DNA of 64,000 nucleotides from Vicugna vicugna. Taxonomy: Eukaryota. The notes under the pieces are model-generated. The model ran no database searches. It was not told the DNA's origin and worked only from the letters and a program-made list of their open reading frames with translations. The DNA is taken from positions 6,562,164 to 6,626,163 of the forward strand of contig MU063101.1 of NCBI GenBank assembly GCA_013265495.1, written 5' to 3'. Positions 25,500-38,100 of the stretch are shown here, piece by piece. Each line of letters opens with the position of its first letter. Positions within the stretch are counted from its first letter, which is position 1. The position numbers and the translations under genes are program-made.

Positions 25500-27840
25500 T
25501 ATAAGTTGATAAATACTCTAATTAAAACAAAGACTATTACACTGGATTCTAAAACAACAGCTACATGTTGCTTAAATTAGGTATATCTTAAATGTAAGGA
25601 CACAAAAAGATTAAAAGTGAACAAATTTAAATAACTTTACCATGTAAATATTAATCAGAACAAAGTTGGTGCAGCTATGCTGTTATAAGAGGAAATATAG
25701 ATGTTAAAGAAGTATTACCACAGATTAAAAGGGTTATTTCACAATTATAAAACCATACAGCTGGGAGATTCTACAATCCTAAAGCTGGATGCACTCAATA
25801 ACAAATATAAAATAAAACTAATACATAAAGCAGAACTAATAGTAGAAATAGAAAAACTAATAATCAGACACATTAACCTGGCTTTCAGCAGCCAGTGTAA
25901 CAGTCTAAATATAAACAAGGATAATGGAAATTTTAATAGCATATATAGAGCACTGTACCTAAAAACTTCAGAATGTGTATTTTTTTCGAGTGTGTATTAA
26001 ATAGTTACCAATATATCATATGCTGGTCATAAAGTACATCTAAAAAACTTTTCAAAAGATCGAAATTATACAAAATATGTGTTCTGACCATTGTGAATTT
26101 AAAACAGGAATCAATAACAAAAAGAAAACTAGAAGGTCCCATGTATTTGGAAACTAAGCAATATGCTTTGAAATAGTTCATGCGTGAAGTAGATGATAGT
26201 AGAAAGTGGAAAACATTTTGAATGGAATATAATGAAAATATAACAAAACTTGGGAGATGCAGATAAAGTAGAGAAAAAAAATATGGCTTTGAATGCATAA
26301 TTAGAAAAACTGAAAATGAACGATCTAAATCGAAGGATGGTCAATTTAATTCTAGGAAAAGAGGGAAGGAAATAATAAAGATAAAACCAGAAGTCAATAA
26401 TATAGAAAGTAGATACAGTTAGGAAAAATGAAACAAAGTCCCAAGTTGGTTCTTTGAAAAATTCATAAATTGATAAGCCCCTAGTAAGGATACCCAAGAA
26501 AAAAAAGGCACAGTTTACCTATTATATGAATGTAAAAGCAGGTATCATTAGGGATCCTCCAAATATAAGAAATACAAGAAAAGAGCATTGTGAAAACATT
26601 TCTGAAAATTAAATTGCAAATTAAACAAAACTGACAGATCCTCTCAAAAAATAAAAATAAACTTATCAAAACATACACAAGAAGAGAAAAAAAAATCTGA
26701 ATAGTCCTTTATCTAGTATTTCAAAACTCTGTAGCCTACAAAAACTCCAGGCCAGGTGACTTCATGGTGAATTCTACTACTAAACATTTAAGGAAGAAAC
26801 TAAACCAATTTTATTTTTAAAAAATAATCTAGAAAATAGAAAAAGTGAAACCCTTTGAAACTTTTATTAAGGCTAGTGTAACCTTTATCAAAATAGCTGA
26901 TATGAACATTAAAAGAAAGGAAAATTATAAGCCAATTCCTATTATATATATAAAAGGAAAATAAATAAATCAGACTTCACTAAATTTTTTTAAAATGTAC
27001 TCATTGTGGGAAAAATATTTGTAATGTACATATCTATTATAGGATATTTGCTGTCAACTCCTGCCAAACAATAGCAAAAGGCTGATAACTCTTTTAAAAA
27101 TGGGTAATGAATTTTAACAAGCCCTTTATAAAAGAGGATCTTGAAATGACCACTAAAATATAAAAGTCTTTTTTAAAGTCATTTAGCCGTCAGGGAAACA
27201 CAGAGATACCATTACATTCACACACCAAAATGGTTTAGAAATAAAACAACTACTAATACCAAGTGTTGGCAAGGATGTGCAGCAACTGGGACTCTCACAC
27301 ACTGCAGAATGAATATCCCACGTCCTAGAAATTCCACAGCCAGATTTGCACCTAGAAGGACTGTATGCTTACATACAGCAAAAGACACAAGAATGTTCAG
27401 AACACTATTCATAATAGCTAAAAACTCAAAACACTCCAAAAGCCCATCAGGAGATAAATGGATAAGTTTTAATATGTATATAAGATGAGTATTATTTAGC
27501 AGTTAAAAAAATTACTCTTATGCTTAAGAACCTCATAGACAAAACATCATACAAAAGAAGCCAGATATGAAGGAGACTTTCGCAGGTAGATAAAGTTCAG
27601 CAGTGGGCAGAACTGTGCTGGTAGAAATCACAACAGTGGTTACTTTTGAAAGCATGATGACTACAGAAAGCATGAGGGAAATTTCTGGGGTGATGACATT
27701 ATTGTGTACCTTGATCATCAAGAAGTTATCCAGTAGTATTCACTTCACACAGAAGAAAATCCATGAAACTGTACACTTGTATTTTTGCAGTTTAATATAT
27801 GAAAGAAAAGTATTATGCTTTAATTGAAAGATTGAAAGTA
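25500..27840 (+). mobile_element. Old L1 (L1M): decayed ORF2 endonuclease region joined to the 3' end, internally deleted
   Basis: A-rich ORF2-like sequence (aaagattaaaagt..., gctggtcataaa..., ggttctttgaaaaaattcataaaattgataagcc) then the 3' UTR (ccaagtgttggcaaggatgtg, gtacacttg). Confidence 0.85.
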
Positions 27841-29274
27841 AATAAAAGTGACAGTTGGCTTACTCTGCCTTTTGGTGAGTTAGCAAATATTTCTTATTGT
27901 CTCTCTAGGTGTAAGAAGACTACGTACCCACCACTGAAGCTGTAGCCTGAATCCTTAGCTTGACACGAAAAGCCCTTTAGAACCAGGTCCTAGTCTCCCT
28001 TCTAGACCATTCCCTCTGGCCTGCGCCAGATTGAATCTTCTTGAGATCTGGCAATGTTAATTTTAAACCTGAGATAAAATCACATCCTACTCCGGAAGTG
28101 GCAGAGAATGGAAGCTGAGACCAGAGGGTGAGGCCAGCATACCTGTATTTTAGGTACCACTAGGAAAGAAAAATACTGACACTTAAATTTGGACCCAGTC
28201 CTTCCTTAACATCAATTGCAAGATATATCACTAATTTTTAGAGACAATGAAATGGGGTAGAAGAGATGGCTTAAAAATAACTTTTTAAAAAAGGTTGTCT
28301 TAGATTATCATGGTTCCCAAGCAACTTTATTTTTAAGAGTAAAAATACTTATTTAACTCCATGAAATACTTACTGTCTTAAACACGCAAATCATTAAATA
28401 ATATTTTTTAGCTTCAAATACAAGTTTAGTTTGTTGTGCTTTGTCAGTTAAGTGCTGTGTCAGGTTTAGGGTGTGACTTTAGCCTCTCCCCTTTTTCAGA
28501 GCTTTCTAAAGTTTTGTGTTCTTTTTTTTCATCTTTCTCATTTATTGAAGAAAACTAGGTTTTGCTTCACTCATCAAATAGAGACCCGGGTAGCAGAGCC
28601 TCTGTGTTTGATGTGAGTGGGCTTTCTCATATATGCCACTGGCCAAATTCTTGTAGGAAAATATTTGTCCTTCCCTGACGGTCTGCAATTTTTGTGTTTC
28701 AATGTGTGGATGTCAAATAATTTGTTTCTCTTTTTCCGAGTGTGTGTGTTCTCGTGACCTCATGGATTACAGGGATACCTTTTGTTCTGACAAAGGCTCG
28801 GTGCTGAAGGATGGCGGGGACAGAGGGTTTGGCTGCCAGGCAGACAGGGGACAGGGCTGGGCCTCAGGAGCCAGTCTCTTCTTCCAGGAGTCTTCTGACC
28901 AGGGCGGGGAGAAGAGGATAATGACGTTTCCACGATAATAATGTTTCTCTTGTGTGTCTTCCAGAAATGGAATTGGACACGCAGGAAAGAACAAAGAAGT
29001 CTTATATAGCACATTACACACTAGAAAGCTTTTGAAGTCAGCATCTGGGGCAGTCCTAGAAACAAATATGCAGTCAGGGAAAAAGAATTACTGCTGACAC
29101 ACACTGACCTAGGAGAAACCGTCTGGTGATGAGATTACCTCTCTCTGGGACTCTAACAAAGCTTTGGAAGGATCTTTGCTTTGCTTTATTTCCTCCCAAC
29201 CCTACTGCCAACCTGATACTGCCTCCTTGCTAGGTTCTAACCCCTTCTCATTCAAAGATGGATGTACTGGTTGG

Positions 29275-29800
29275 ACTGTGTCTGCTTTCATTTGGGCTCC
29301 CCAGAAAGCAAAGCCCAAGCAAGGCAAAGATCTGGGTCAGGAAACGTACCTGGGAGGCAGTCCAGGGAAGCAGGAGAGAGCGAAAGGGTAGAATGAGACA
29401 GGGAAGGAGGAAAAGCCAGTCAAAAGGGGTTTGATTGAGGTTGCTTCTGTGGGCAACAGGATTAATTTCTTCAGTTCTACCAGGACCTCTGAGAGTCCTG
29501 TGGAGCACCTCCCAGAATCATCCACCTGAAAGATGGACAGGCAGGAGCCTTTATCCACAGGCTGCCCACTCCTCACAGATTGAGAGTTGCCCCAGGAGGT
29601 GTCAACTGCCTTGCATTTAGAACAAGTTCCTCCATGTGTCTGAGCAAGTCCGGGGCAGAATGACCTGCCTTCATGTGAGCTTGGGGTAGGACCCTAGGAC
29701 AACCCGGTTAGTCTGCGCCCACAGAGAACTACGTGGCATGGCTGCTGCTGAAGTCACAGGTGGCTGAGGGGATGTGACCTGGGCACAGTGCTGCCACAGC
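29275..29800 (-). mobile_element. ERVL LTR (LTR16-like)
   Basis: tttgggctccccagaaagcaaagccc...tgggaggcagtccagggaagca matches the reversed LTR16 3' end. Confidence 0.6.
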
Positions 29801-30409
29801 CTCAGGGAGTGCAGCTCTTCAGAGATGTCACATTCAGAGTGGGCACGGGATGGTTTGACACCAGTGTGGTTTGAGTCAGGCTGTTTGAGGACAAGTCAGT
29901 CAGAGGACAGCCCGGCTTAGAGGGCTGACTTTCTGGATCTGTCACACACATTGCCTCTTCACTGGAACTTAGAGATGGAATGCTCACCCTTTCTGAAATG
30001 AGCAGGTATTCAGTTAACACGGACCTCCGTGTTTCACCATCTTTCTGAATCCAAGACTTCAGTCTCAAAATCCAAAGGAGCTGTGGTTTCTGAAATCCCC
30101 AAGTCCTCCTCAACAAGCCAGTTTCCTGTGGTTTGTCAATGTTTCTTAAATTGATAAAATAAATCTTTTTAATAGAGATGTAGAGCTGATGCTTTTTCTC
30201 ACAACTTCAATGGACTAAATTAGAGAAGACTGGACGTTCAACCCAGACATTCAAATTATCTGAAAAATTACAGTCTGTCACCAAATATCTAAATGTCCAT
30301 TCCTAAAATTCTAGCATTACTATACAGGAGCCACCTGACTTGGATTATGAACTGCAGGACTCCTTTGAGAAAAAGGAAAGCAACAAGGACGGGAAGGGTG
30401 AAGGGCTTC

Positions 30410-30605
30410 CTGACTTTACTGAGCCCTGGCACCCAGCAGACCTGTGCTAGTGCTGTCCCAGTAGTAGGTCGTGTAATATCATCTGATGCACAGAAGAGGC
30501 GCAGAGAGGTTCAGTGACCTGCCCAACAGTTCACAACTTGCAAGTAATGAAATTCCAGGGAGAGTTAGGCTCAGGTCTGAGCCCGAGCCTCTACTCCTAA
30601 CCCCG
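30410..30605 (-). mobile_element. MIR SINE
   Basis: gcgcagagaggttcagtgacctgcccaac. Confidence 0.7.
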
Positions 30606-30984
30606 TGCAGTGCTATCCTCACCTCCTTGAACACTGTACACACATCCCAAATCTCTGGGTTAGGACACATGGGTGGAGCTAAAATAATAAAGTGGATGAG
30701 GAATGCCTTATCTCATACCTGCCTTTGTTTTCATAGCCTTCTGTTACCCCATGGGTTCTGGCTGGGACACTGCTGTCCTCCCCCACCACACACAGGCTGG
30801 GGTGGTCTCTACTTACCTTCCTTCTGTTTCCCCCTTAACAACCTATTCCTCTCACGTGTGATTAGCCACCGAGGTGCTGACCCTCATCTTACACCACCTG
30901 GCAGAGGGCCTGGCACATCGTGGATGCTCGATACATCTTCTCTGGCAGAGTAAGCACAGGAAACAGTGGATGGACTCATTTATT

Positions 30985-31130
30985 AGTCTCTCTGTTTTAG
31001 AGATGAGAAACTTAGTCTTGTGTCTCTGACATTAAGAGTCTTACCCAAAGTCACACCAGCCAGTGGAGGAGAATTGGAACTAGAACTCAGATTTCCAGGC
31101 TCCTGGTCTAGTGGATTTTCCATGTCTGAT
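30985..31130 (-). mobile_element. MIR SINE
   Basis: ttttagagatgagaaact...ttacccaaagtcacaccagccagtgg. Confidence 0.7.
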
Positions 31131-32079
31131 AGTGTGCTTACTTTTTGTGATCAGGAATACTTTCATGAGCATCTCTTGAGGACAACCCAAAAGGTAGTTC
31201 TAATGGTAGACCATTGAGGCTCCACACCATGGTGGCAGAGGAGCCATAATGTATTGACACGGGAAGATTTTCTGTGTCCTTTAAACCATGTCATGTGAAT
31301 TCCCAGAATCATGGTTTATGTGAATCCTCTTTCCAAAATGGTTTCCCAGCGACTTTCTCCCTCTGCCCACTCTGGAATACAGGGGAATGAGTAACTGGCA
31401 GGAACAGATGAGTGAGAAATGTCTTTCCCAGCTGAAAATTCCTCTTACACACCCATCACTGGTGTCCTAGGGAAGATACGCTCCCACATGCCAAGGGACA
31501 ACATCAGAGGATGCAGGGTGCCCATGGCAAAATTGTCACCCAATTATTTTAACACTAAGGAGCTCATTTTTGCTTTTTCTACCACAGCTAAATGAAACCA
31601 GGGACCTCTGGTTATAAAGTTAGTTAACAAGTATGTAGTAACATTTATAAACATTTAAAAGGAATAGAGAAAAAATAAATTGCATCCCAAATGTGGCAAT
31701 TGTGAATAATCTTTGCCCAACAGAACTAAAAGGTAATTGGACTTTGGGTTTGCCAATGGTTGTGTTAATGTCTGTGCTAATACTGGCTCTGAGGTGTCAC
31801 AATAGACCAGAAGATGATATCTGAGAGCAGGGCCCTCTAGGGAGGTTGTGGGGACTACGTTTGGAGGCTGGAAGCTGAGATAGTGAGTCTGGGCAGAGAG
31901 GCAATTTATGGAGCAGAGGAAAATGAAGAAGGAGGTATATTAGCAAAATAAATACGTTAGCAGAATGGTTGAGACTTTAGGACGAGGGGGAGTTGTGAGG
32001 TCTCCCTTGGGCTTTGGTTCTGTGCTTTGCATCTGGAAAGATAGAGCCTAGTCTAGGAATAATGACATCAAAGTCTTTC

Positions 32080-32173
32080 CCTTTTAAGCATCTGATTAAA
32101 CATCATCTCAGAGAAGCCTTCTCCTATCACCTTACTTGAACTGTGTACACCATGTTAGTTTTCTGTGACAGTA

Positions 32174-32217
<44 letters not shown>

Positions 32218-32395
32218 TGTGTGTGTTCCATTCCCAGCTTTTGTCACAATTTGAAATGTTTAAAAGCATTCTTTCTTTTCTTGCTTTACGTCCATCTCCC
32301 GTGTCAGTTGGTTCTCCACTGTGTCCTTAACACTTAGTTCAGCACCTGGCACACAGTCAGTGCTATATAAAGAGGTATTGAATTAATAAATGCAT
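32080..32395 (+). mobile_element. L2 3' end containing a (TG)n repeat
   Basis: catcatctcagagaagccttctcct...cagcacctggcacacagt...tgaattaataaatg. Confidence 0.75.
32177..32226 (+). repeat. (TG)n microsatellite, ~25 units with one interruption
   Basis: Seen directly. Confidence 0.95.
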
Positions 32396-32603
32396 TTCTA
32401 ATTGAATAGCTGTTAGACCATAAATATGCAGTGATGCTTGTGATGTCTGATGGCTGGGTTCCAGGATCAATGGAAAGAGTGTCAGAGGATGGAGGTTTAG
32501 TCTTCCTTAAAGGCCAGTGAGAAGCAAGGGAGTGATCCTCGGAGTAACTAAGATGACTGCCATGTCACAGATGAGTTAGAGCTAGCACATGAATGGGAGA
32601 GAG

Positions 32604-33140
32604 ATGTTTTAGTTACCTATCACTGTGTAACAAACTATCCCAAACTTACAGACTTAACATAGCGACCATTCTATTTGGTCATGTTTCTGTGGGTCAGGAA
32701 TCCAAGTAGGGTTCAGCTGCATATTAAATGGTCTTTCACTGAGCTGTTGTCAGTAGCTAACTTGGCTGGGCTGAAAAATCCAAGGAAATCTTGGCTAGTC
32801 GGGAAAATCCAAATCTTGGCTAGGGTGGAAAATCCAGATTCACCCATAAATTGGGCACCTTGGTGCTTCTTCATGTGGCCTCTTTCCACATGCTATCTTG
32901 GGCTTCCTTGGAGCTAATCAGTGGTCTGGCATGGTGGTGGGCTTCCAGAGGGAGCAGCCCAAGCATGTGAAAGCAGAAGCTTCATCTCTTTTAAGACCTA
33001 GCCCTGGAGGTTACACACCACTTCCACTGTGTTCTTTTGGTCAGAGTAGCCCAAAGTTACCTGAAATTCAAGGGGGTAGTAATAGACTCCACCTCTCGAT
33101 GGGAAGGTTCATAAAAGATTTACAACCATTTTCAATTCAT
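32604..33140 (-). mobile_element. MaLR LTR (MLT1F/G/H-like)
   Basis: ttagttacctatcactgtgtaacaaactatccc...tctgtgggtcaggaatcc...gactccacctctcgatggga. Confidence 0.8.
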
Positions 33141-33272
33141 CCCAAGGGAAGACTGGCTAGGAAGTTGTCACAGTAAACCTGTCCTAAAGTTGCTATAGCG
33201 GTGGAGATGGGAAGAAGGCGGTGGGCATAAACTATCATTGGAAGTAGACATGACAAGGCTGTGCATTTATCT

Positions 33273-33510
33273 CTGTTGGTTTCCTATTACTGTTTGAAAA
33301 TATTATCACAAATATAATGGCTTAAAACAACATAAATTTATTCCCTTACAGTTTGGAGACAGAATGGGTTTTACAGGGCTAAAATCAGGGTGTTGGCAGG
33401 GCTGGTTCCTTCTGGAGGCTCTAGGGGAGAATCCATTCCTGGCTTCTTCCAACTTCCAGAGGCTGTTTGTGGCCCCTTCCTTCATCTTCCAATCCAGTTT
33501 CATAGCATCT
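33273..33510 (-). mobile_element. MaLR LTR fragment (MLT1C/D-like)
   Basis: aatggcttaaaacaacataaatttatt...ggctggttccttctggaggctctaggggagaatcc. Confidence 0.8.
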
Positions 33511-33734
33511 TTTTTGGTGGGAGAAGCTCAGGAGCAGTGAGATAAACTGGGGAGAGGTGAGCTGAGGGGACTGGATCAAGATTTGAACAGGTTAAGGATG
33601 AGAAATTTATGAGCTGTCCACGTGGAGATATACAAAAATGTCAGATAAATGTATGAGTCTTACATTCAGAGGTGGATTTATCGATCCAAAGTTGTTTGAG
33701 GATTGTTAAGGTCATTTAGGGGGAAATTTTATGG

Positions 33735-34018
33735 CAGTTTGCCCAATGGAAATGTAAAGCAAGGCACATATGTAAATTTACATTTTCTGGTAGTCACATT
33801 AAAAAAGTCAGAAGAAACATACAATTAATTTTAATAATATCTTCTTAAAACCAGTTTATCCCATGATTATAATTCCATCATTCAATCCATATTTAAAAAT
33901 GAGATATTTTATATTACTTTTTTCACACTGAGTCTTAGAAATCTAGTGTGTCACAGCACACTTCAGTTCTCATTTCTTGATGGCCACGTGTAGCTCATGA
34001 CTGTCCTGGACAGCAGAG
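33735..34018 (+). mobile_element. MER33-like hAT-Charlie element
   Basis: gcacatatgtaaatttacattttctggtagtcacattaaaaaag...ggccacgtgtagctc...ctggacagc. Confidence 0.8.
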
Positions 34019-34829
34019 CTTTAGGAAGAGAGGAGATCTCAGAAGTTAGCCCAGAGGAATTCCAGCAGTTAGAGGTTGGGTATAGAAGCAGCTTGAAGGT
34101 AGAAGAACAACTGGGAAAGACTGGTATTGCAGAGGCAAGGAAGCCTGGAGAAGTGGGTATGAAAGCTATGGTGAAAGTTAGAGCAAAGATACGTGCGATG
34201 GGACAGGGAGTTAACACAGGATCTCCGCTAATTTGAAGAAACGGAGAATAAAGACTGGTTGTGGGTGTTCATGTTCCAGGTGTGTTGCTGTCTCCTGCAC
34301 CCTCTTCCTACTTCCTTTGGGTAGTAGAAGGAAGCATCCACAGCAAATTCTGCTGGGGAGACTTCCATATGCAAACCCCCTAAGAGGCTATATTGCACCA
34401 CTGTGTAGCAACTGGCAAATGGCTTTGGGATCTAAAAATAAGAATACAGACTGTCTTAAGCCAGGAAGAACTGCGGTTTGGATGTGGTCCAGGTATAAAG
34501 CAGTCATCTTAACTCCTATGTGTTAGTGTAAAGCTTGCCTCCTGTAAAATGTCTTAAGTTTAAGAGCTGTAAAATAAAATACTCATGGATTATATTGTGG
34601 TATAATATCTAGGAGTCGTAAGACAGTAACAGCTTAAAGGTCCTTCTAAAACTAGATATGAAATTTGAATTTGGCACTTGTAGGTGATTTCTGAAGCACT
34701 TTGGCTCTTTCTCAGCTGCATGGTGATGTTGGGTTTTCTTTAACAAGTAGCTAAGTTGTTGGATTATCAAGAACTAAGGGGCTTCTCGAGAGAGATGCAA
34801 AACTATCAGTTTTAAAACTGAGAAAGTCC

Positions 34830-34939
34830 TAAGCAGGCTGCTTTGGTTTTCCTGAGACAGAGGAGGTTCCCAAGCTTGGGGACTTTTAGAGCTAAAACTA
34901 GGAAAGTCCTGGGCAAATGAGGACAAGTTGGTCACCTAA
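34830..34939 (+). mobile_element. MER81-like hAT-Blackjack MITE
   Basis: gggacttttagagctaaaactaggaaagtcctgggcaaatgaggacaagttggtcaccta. Confidence 0.7.
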
Positions 34940-35029
34940 CCAGCCAGGAACCTCCTGATATTGTCAGCCCAAAGAGAAGAACTGCTGCTTAGGGCTGATG
35001 CTTTACAAACACGGTTATAAAACCTGAAT

Positions 35030-35290
35030 GCCAATTTATTAATTTGCAAAGAGGAACGAGTGTGACAAGGACCGGAACAGTCAAAGTCCGTATGGTCAGC
35101 ATTTTCTCTTCCTATACGAAGCCAATCTATTAATTTAAAAAGGAGAATAACTATCCTAGGCGCTGAGGTACACACAGCACAAATAATCAGCAGATTCTCT
35201 CCCTGTGTGGAGCTGATCTGCTAATTTACAAAGAGAAATTACTGTCCAAGAGACCGGATACTCAAAGACCACGCAGTCAGCATATTTTCA
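35030..35290 (+). repeat. Degenerate tandem repeat, 91-bp period, three copies
   Basis: taattt at 35040/35131/35222; tcagca at 35096/35187/35277; accgga at 35071/35253. Confidence 0.8.
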
Positions 35291-35771
35291 GCGTCTACAG
35301 TACCCGTAGCGCAAAGCCAAATAAGAAGGCTGCTTAGTAAGCATGGGACATGGTCAGAGTGGATGTTCAAAGGAGTGGCACTAAGAAAGCCTGCTAACTC
35401 AACTCCACCAACCAGCCCAGACAGCCTTCACCATCCACTTGTTAGGTCTTTGCCTCAGTGGCACTTCCTGCCTCCAGGATGGACACTGCCCCTGTGGCAT
35501 CTCGGTTTCTATGCTTCCACTGGTGGCCAGCCTCCTTAGGGCTGGCTTATTCTTTAGATGTGCTAACCCCTTCACACAGATGGCTGAGTTTCACTTCTGT
35601 TGGAGTCATTTTTTCTTTGTTTTGCCTATCTTTGTTCTTATTGATAATTTCTTGACTTACAGATTTCCTTCCAAAGAGCAGCCTTCATTCCCTTACTTCT
35701 AAACCTCAGGGCAACAGAAGGCAACTCATTCTATGTCTCAGTCACCTTGATCCGTTTGTAGAGAGGCTTGC

Positions 35772-35910
35772 TGTGTGGGGCAGTGGTGAGGAGTGCAGAC
35801 TTAGAAGTGAGAAAAGCCCACTGCCTCCTTTTCTGCTACCGTTGAGAACTTGGCCAAGTCACCTTAGCCCTTGGAGCTTCAGTTTCCCCATCTGTAAAAT
35901 GGGAACCTTT
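35772..35910 (+). mobile_element. MIR SINE
   Basis: cttggccaagtcacc...cttcagtttccccatctgtaaaatggg. Confidence 0.8.
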
Positions 35911-36679
35911 TAAACTGGGTTGTGTCAAGGGTTAAATTGATAGAAATCACATAAAGGGACCAACCTAATACTTGAGACAAAATCAATACTTAATAAACAA
36001 TAACAAATAACCATACAAAGGACTATTGTTTTCTATGAAAATTTTGAAGTACTACTGTTTTCCAGCCTAGACAAACTAAGGTTAATGATCCAAGGGCCTG
36101 AATGCACACCCTATGGTATTTTTAGTGCTATTGATTTATTATAGTCAAGGGAAACATAACATAAATATGTTAGGAAGACATTGAAATGGGACAGGATGAA
36201 GAAAAGTGTTTTAATGAGGCAGAAAAGGCAGAGCAGTAACATGTCTTGGCTCCCCTCCTTCCTCCCTGGCCAGTCCTTCTCAGCTCGCATCCCTTGTTCC
36301 TCTTCCTCTCCCTGGCCTCTAAACCTTAGAGTGTCTTGGGCCTCACACATCTTCCTTCCTCCATTCTACCACTTAGTTAAGCCAAAATCTTGAAGTAGAA
36401 CCTAACTCAAGTGTTCATAGCCTGGGCTAGGATGCCCTCACCTTTGTTCTTAACTCCAGGGCTACCAGTGCATAATCAGCCCAGCACCTCAGTCAGTCTT
36501 CCCAGCTACTCTGTGGGATGGGGCATCACTGCTATTCTCCAGAAGATACCACTAGGGCTTAGCAAAGTGGCAGCCTCAGCAGGAATGGACAGCTCACAAC
36601 ATCAGTGGGAGACAGGTGCCATGTTTAGACCTTGAACCATAGCAGGTGCCAACTTCCAATGGAATGATGATGGGAATCA

Positions 36680-36880
36680 TGATGATGATAATGTTTTTAT
36701 ACGTTTTCTAAGTGCCAGACATCGTCCTAATCATTTTATAGGCATTATTTCACTTAGTCTCTAAAACGCCCTGAGACATTGTCATAATGGTGCTTATCCC
36801 CACTTTGCATAAAGAGGAACTGAGGCTTATGGATGAAAACTAACTGAGACAATGTCACAAAGCTGTTAAGAGGGACATCT
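36680..36880 (-). mobile_element. MIR SINE
   Basis: aagtgccagacatcgtcctaa...ttatccccactttgcataaagaggaactgaggc. Confidence 0.75.
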
Positions 36881-37869
36881 CAGAGCTCTGCAACTTCAGA
36901 GATCAATCTCACAGGAATATGCCACACCCTCACTCCTGCAAGGGCATTCAGAATCTGGCAAATGTAGGTCACGCTGGCCAAGAATGGGAGGCAGTAGAAT
37001 TCTCACATTCATTGCACCTTTCTGTTGTAGCAGCCTCTTTATTTAAAGAGTGAGGTGTGGTCTTCTGAATCAGCCACTGACAGTGCGCATGCCTGGCTCA
37101 TGAGTCTTTGTCATCACTAACAGAGGCTTGCCCCCATGGTCTTCATCTTTAATGCTGTTGTTTTGAATATACTCATAGCTCTGCAGGAGGAATTGAGCAG
37201 ACAGTTGGGATGGGAGGGGTTGGAATATCTTACATCCTTGCAGCTGCACTATTGTATTTGAAGACTGCAAGCTCGTTGAGGGCACAGTCGGTGTCCAGCT
37301 TGCTCACCACTTTTTTCAGTCTTATCTACCCTCTACTCCTTTGTTCTTCAGTTTCTGCCCAGTATCTAAATTTTTTGAACTATGGCCTTTTGCATCATGA
37401 CACATGATCGCCACCCACTGGTCAGAATGTTTTCACTGCAAAGCTTTGTAAAATTCAAGGTTAGGGGCAAAAGTTGTCCACTTCTCATGCTCTTCAGTTC
37501 AGAGTCCAGGTACCCTAGAATAAGGGGCAGTAACTGCTTCGATTTAAGAAGGATTCTCAGAATCCCAGATACATATTCTTAAATTATCTTGTAAAACATC
37601 CAAAAAAATGATTTCTTAATCACGCATCTTGAATTATATGTGTCAGTGTGCTTCTTCCATTACAAGAGTAATCAGGAGTCTCCGTCTCATTCAGATATGG
37701 CCACTTGTATTTAGGATTCCAGCACAGCCCACAATTCACACAAGTGGTTCTCTAACAGAATTGTGAGGCTGATGGTGATTTCAGATTTTTTATTAATAAA
37801 TGCCATTTATAAATATGATCACATCACTTTGGCAACACCATTCTTTTTAAGAAACTCCTATAGAGATAG

Positions 37870-38100
37870 CGCCTACTACACTTTGGATATTGTTTTATGT
37901 GCTTTACAAATATTGGCACATCTAATCTATATAACAACCCTCTAAAGTAGAGACCATTAATTATCCTTATCCCCAAGATGAGAAACTGAGGCATGAAGAG
38001 TTAAGACAGCGTACCTGTTCGCCTATCTGGAAAATGCAGAGCCACGATGATTCAAACCCAGGAGGTCTGGCACTGGAGCCTTGGCCACTAGGCTCTGCTA
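37870..38100 (-). mobile_element. MIR SINE
   Basis: gtgctttacaaatatt...gatgagaaactgaggcatgaagagttaag...gattcaaacccagg. Confidence 0.85.

Noticed and set aside
28940-29030. Cryptic CDH13 exon after a good acceptor (ttctcttgtgtgtcttccag)
   Set aside because: No cadherin-like translation and no matching strong donor; isolated acceptors are common.
30486-30953. 155-aa ORF
   Set aside because: Starts within a reversed MIR and has a random composition; this length is expected by chance in six frames of 64 kb.
35030-35290. CRISPR-like repeat-spacer array
   Set aside because: Mammalian intron with no cas genes; similarity extends across the whole unit rather than conserved repeats with unique spacers.
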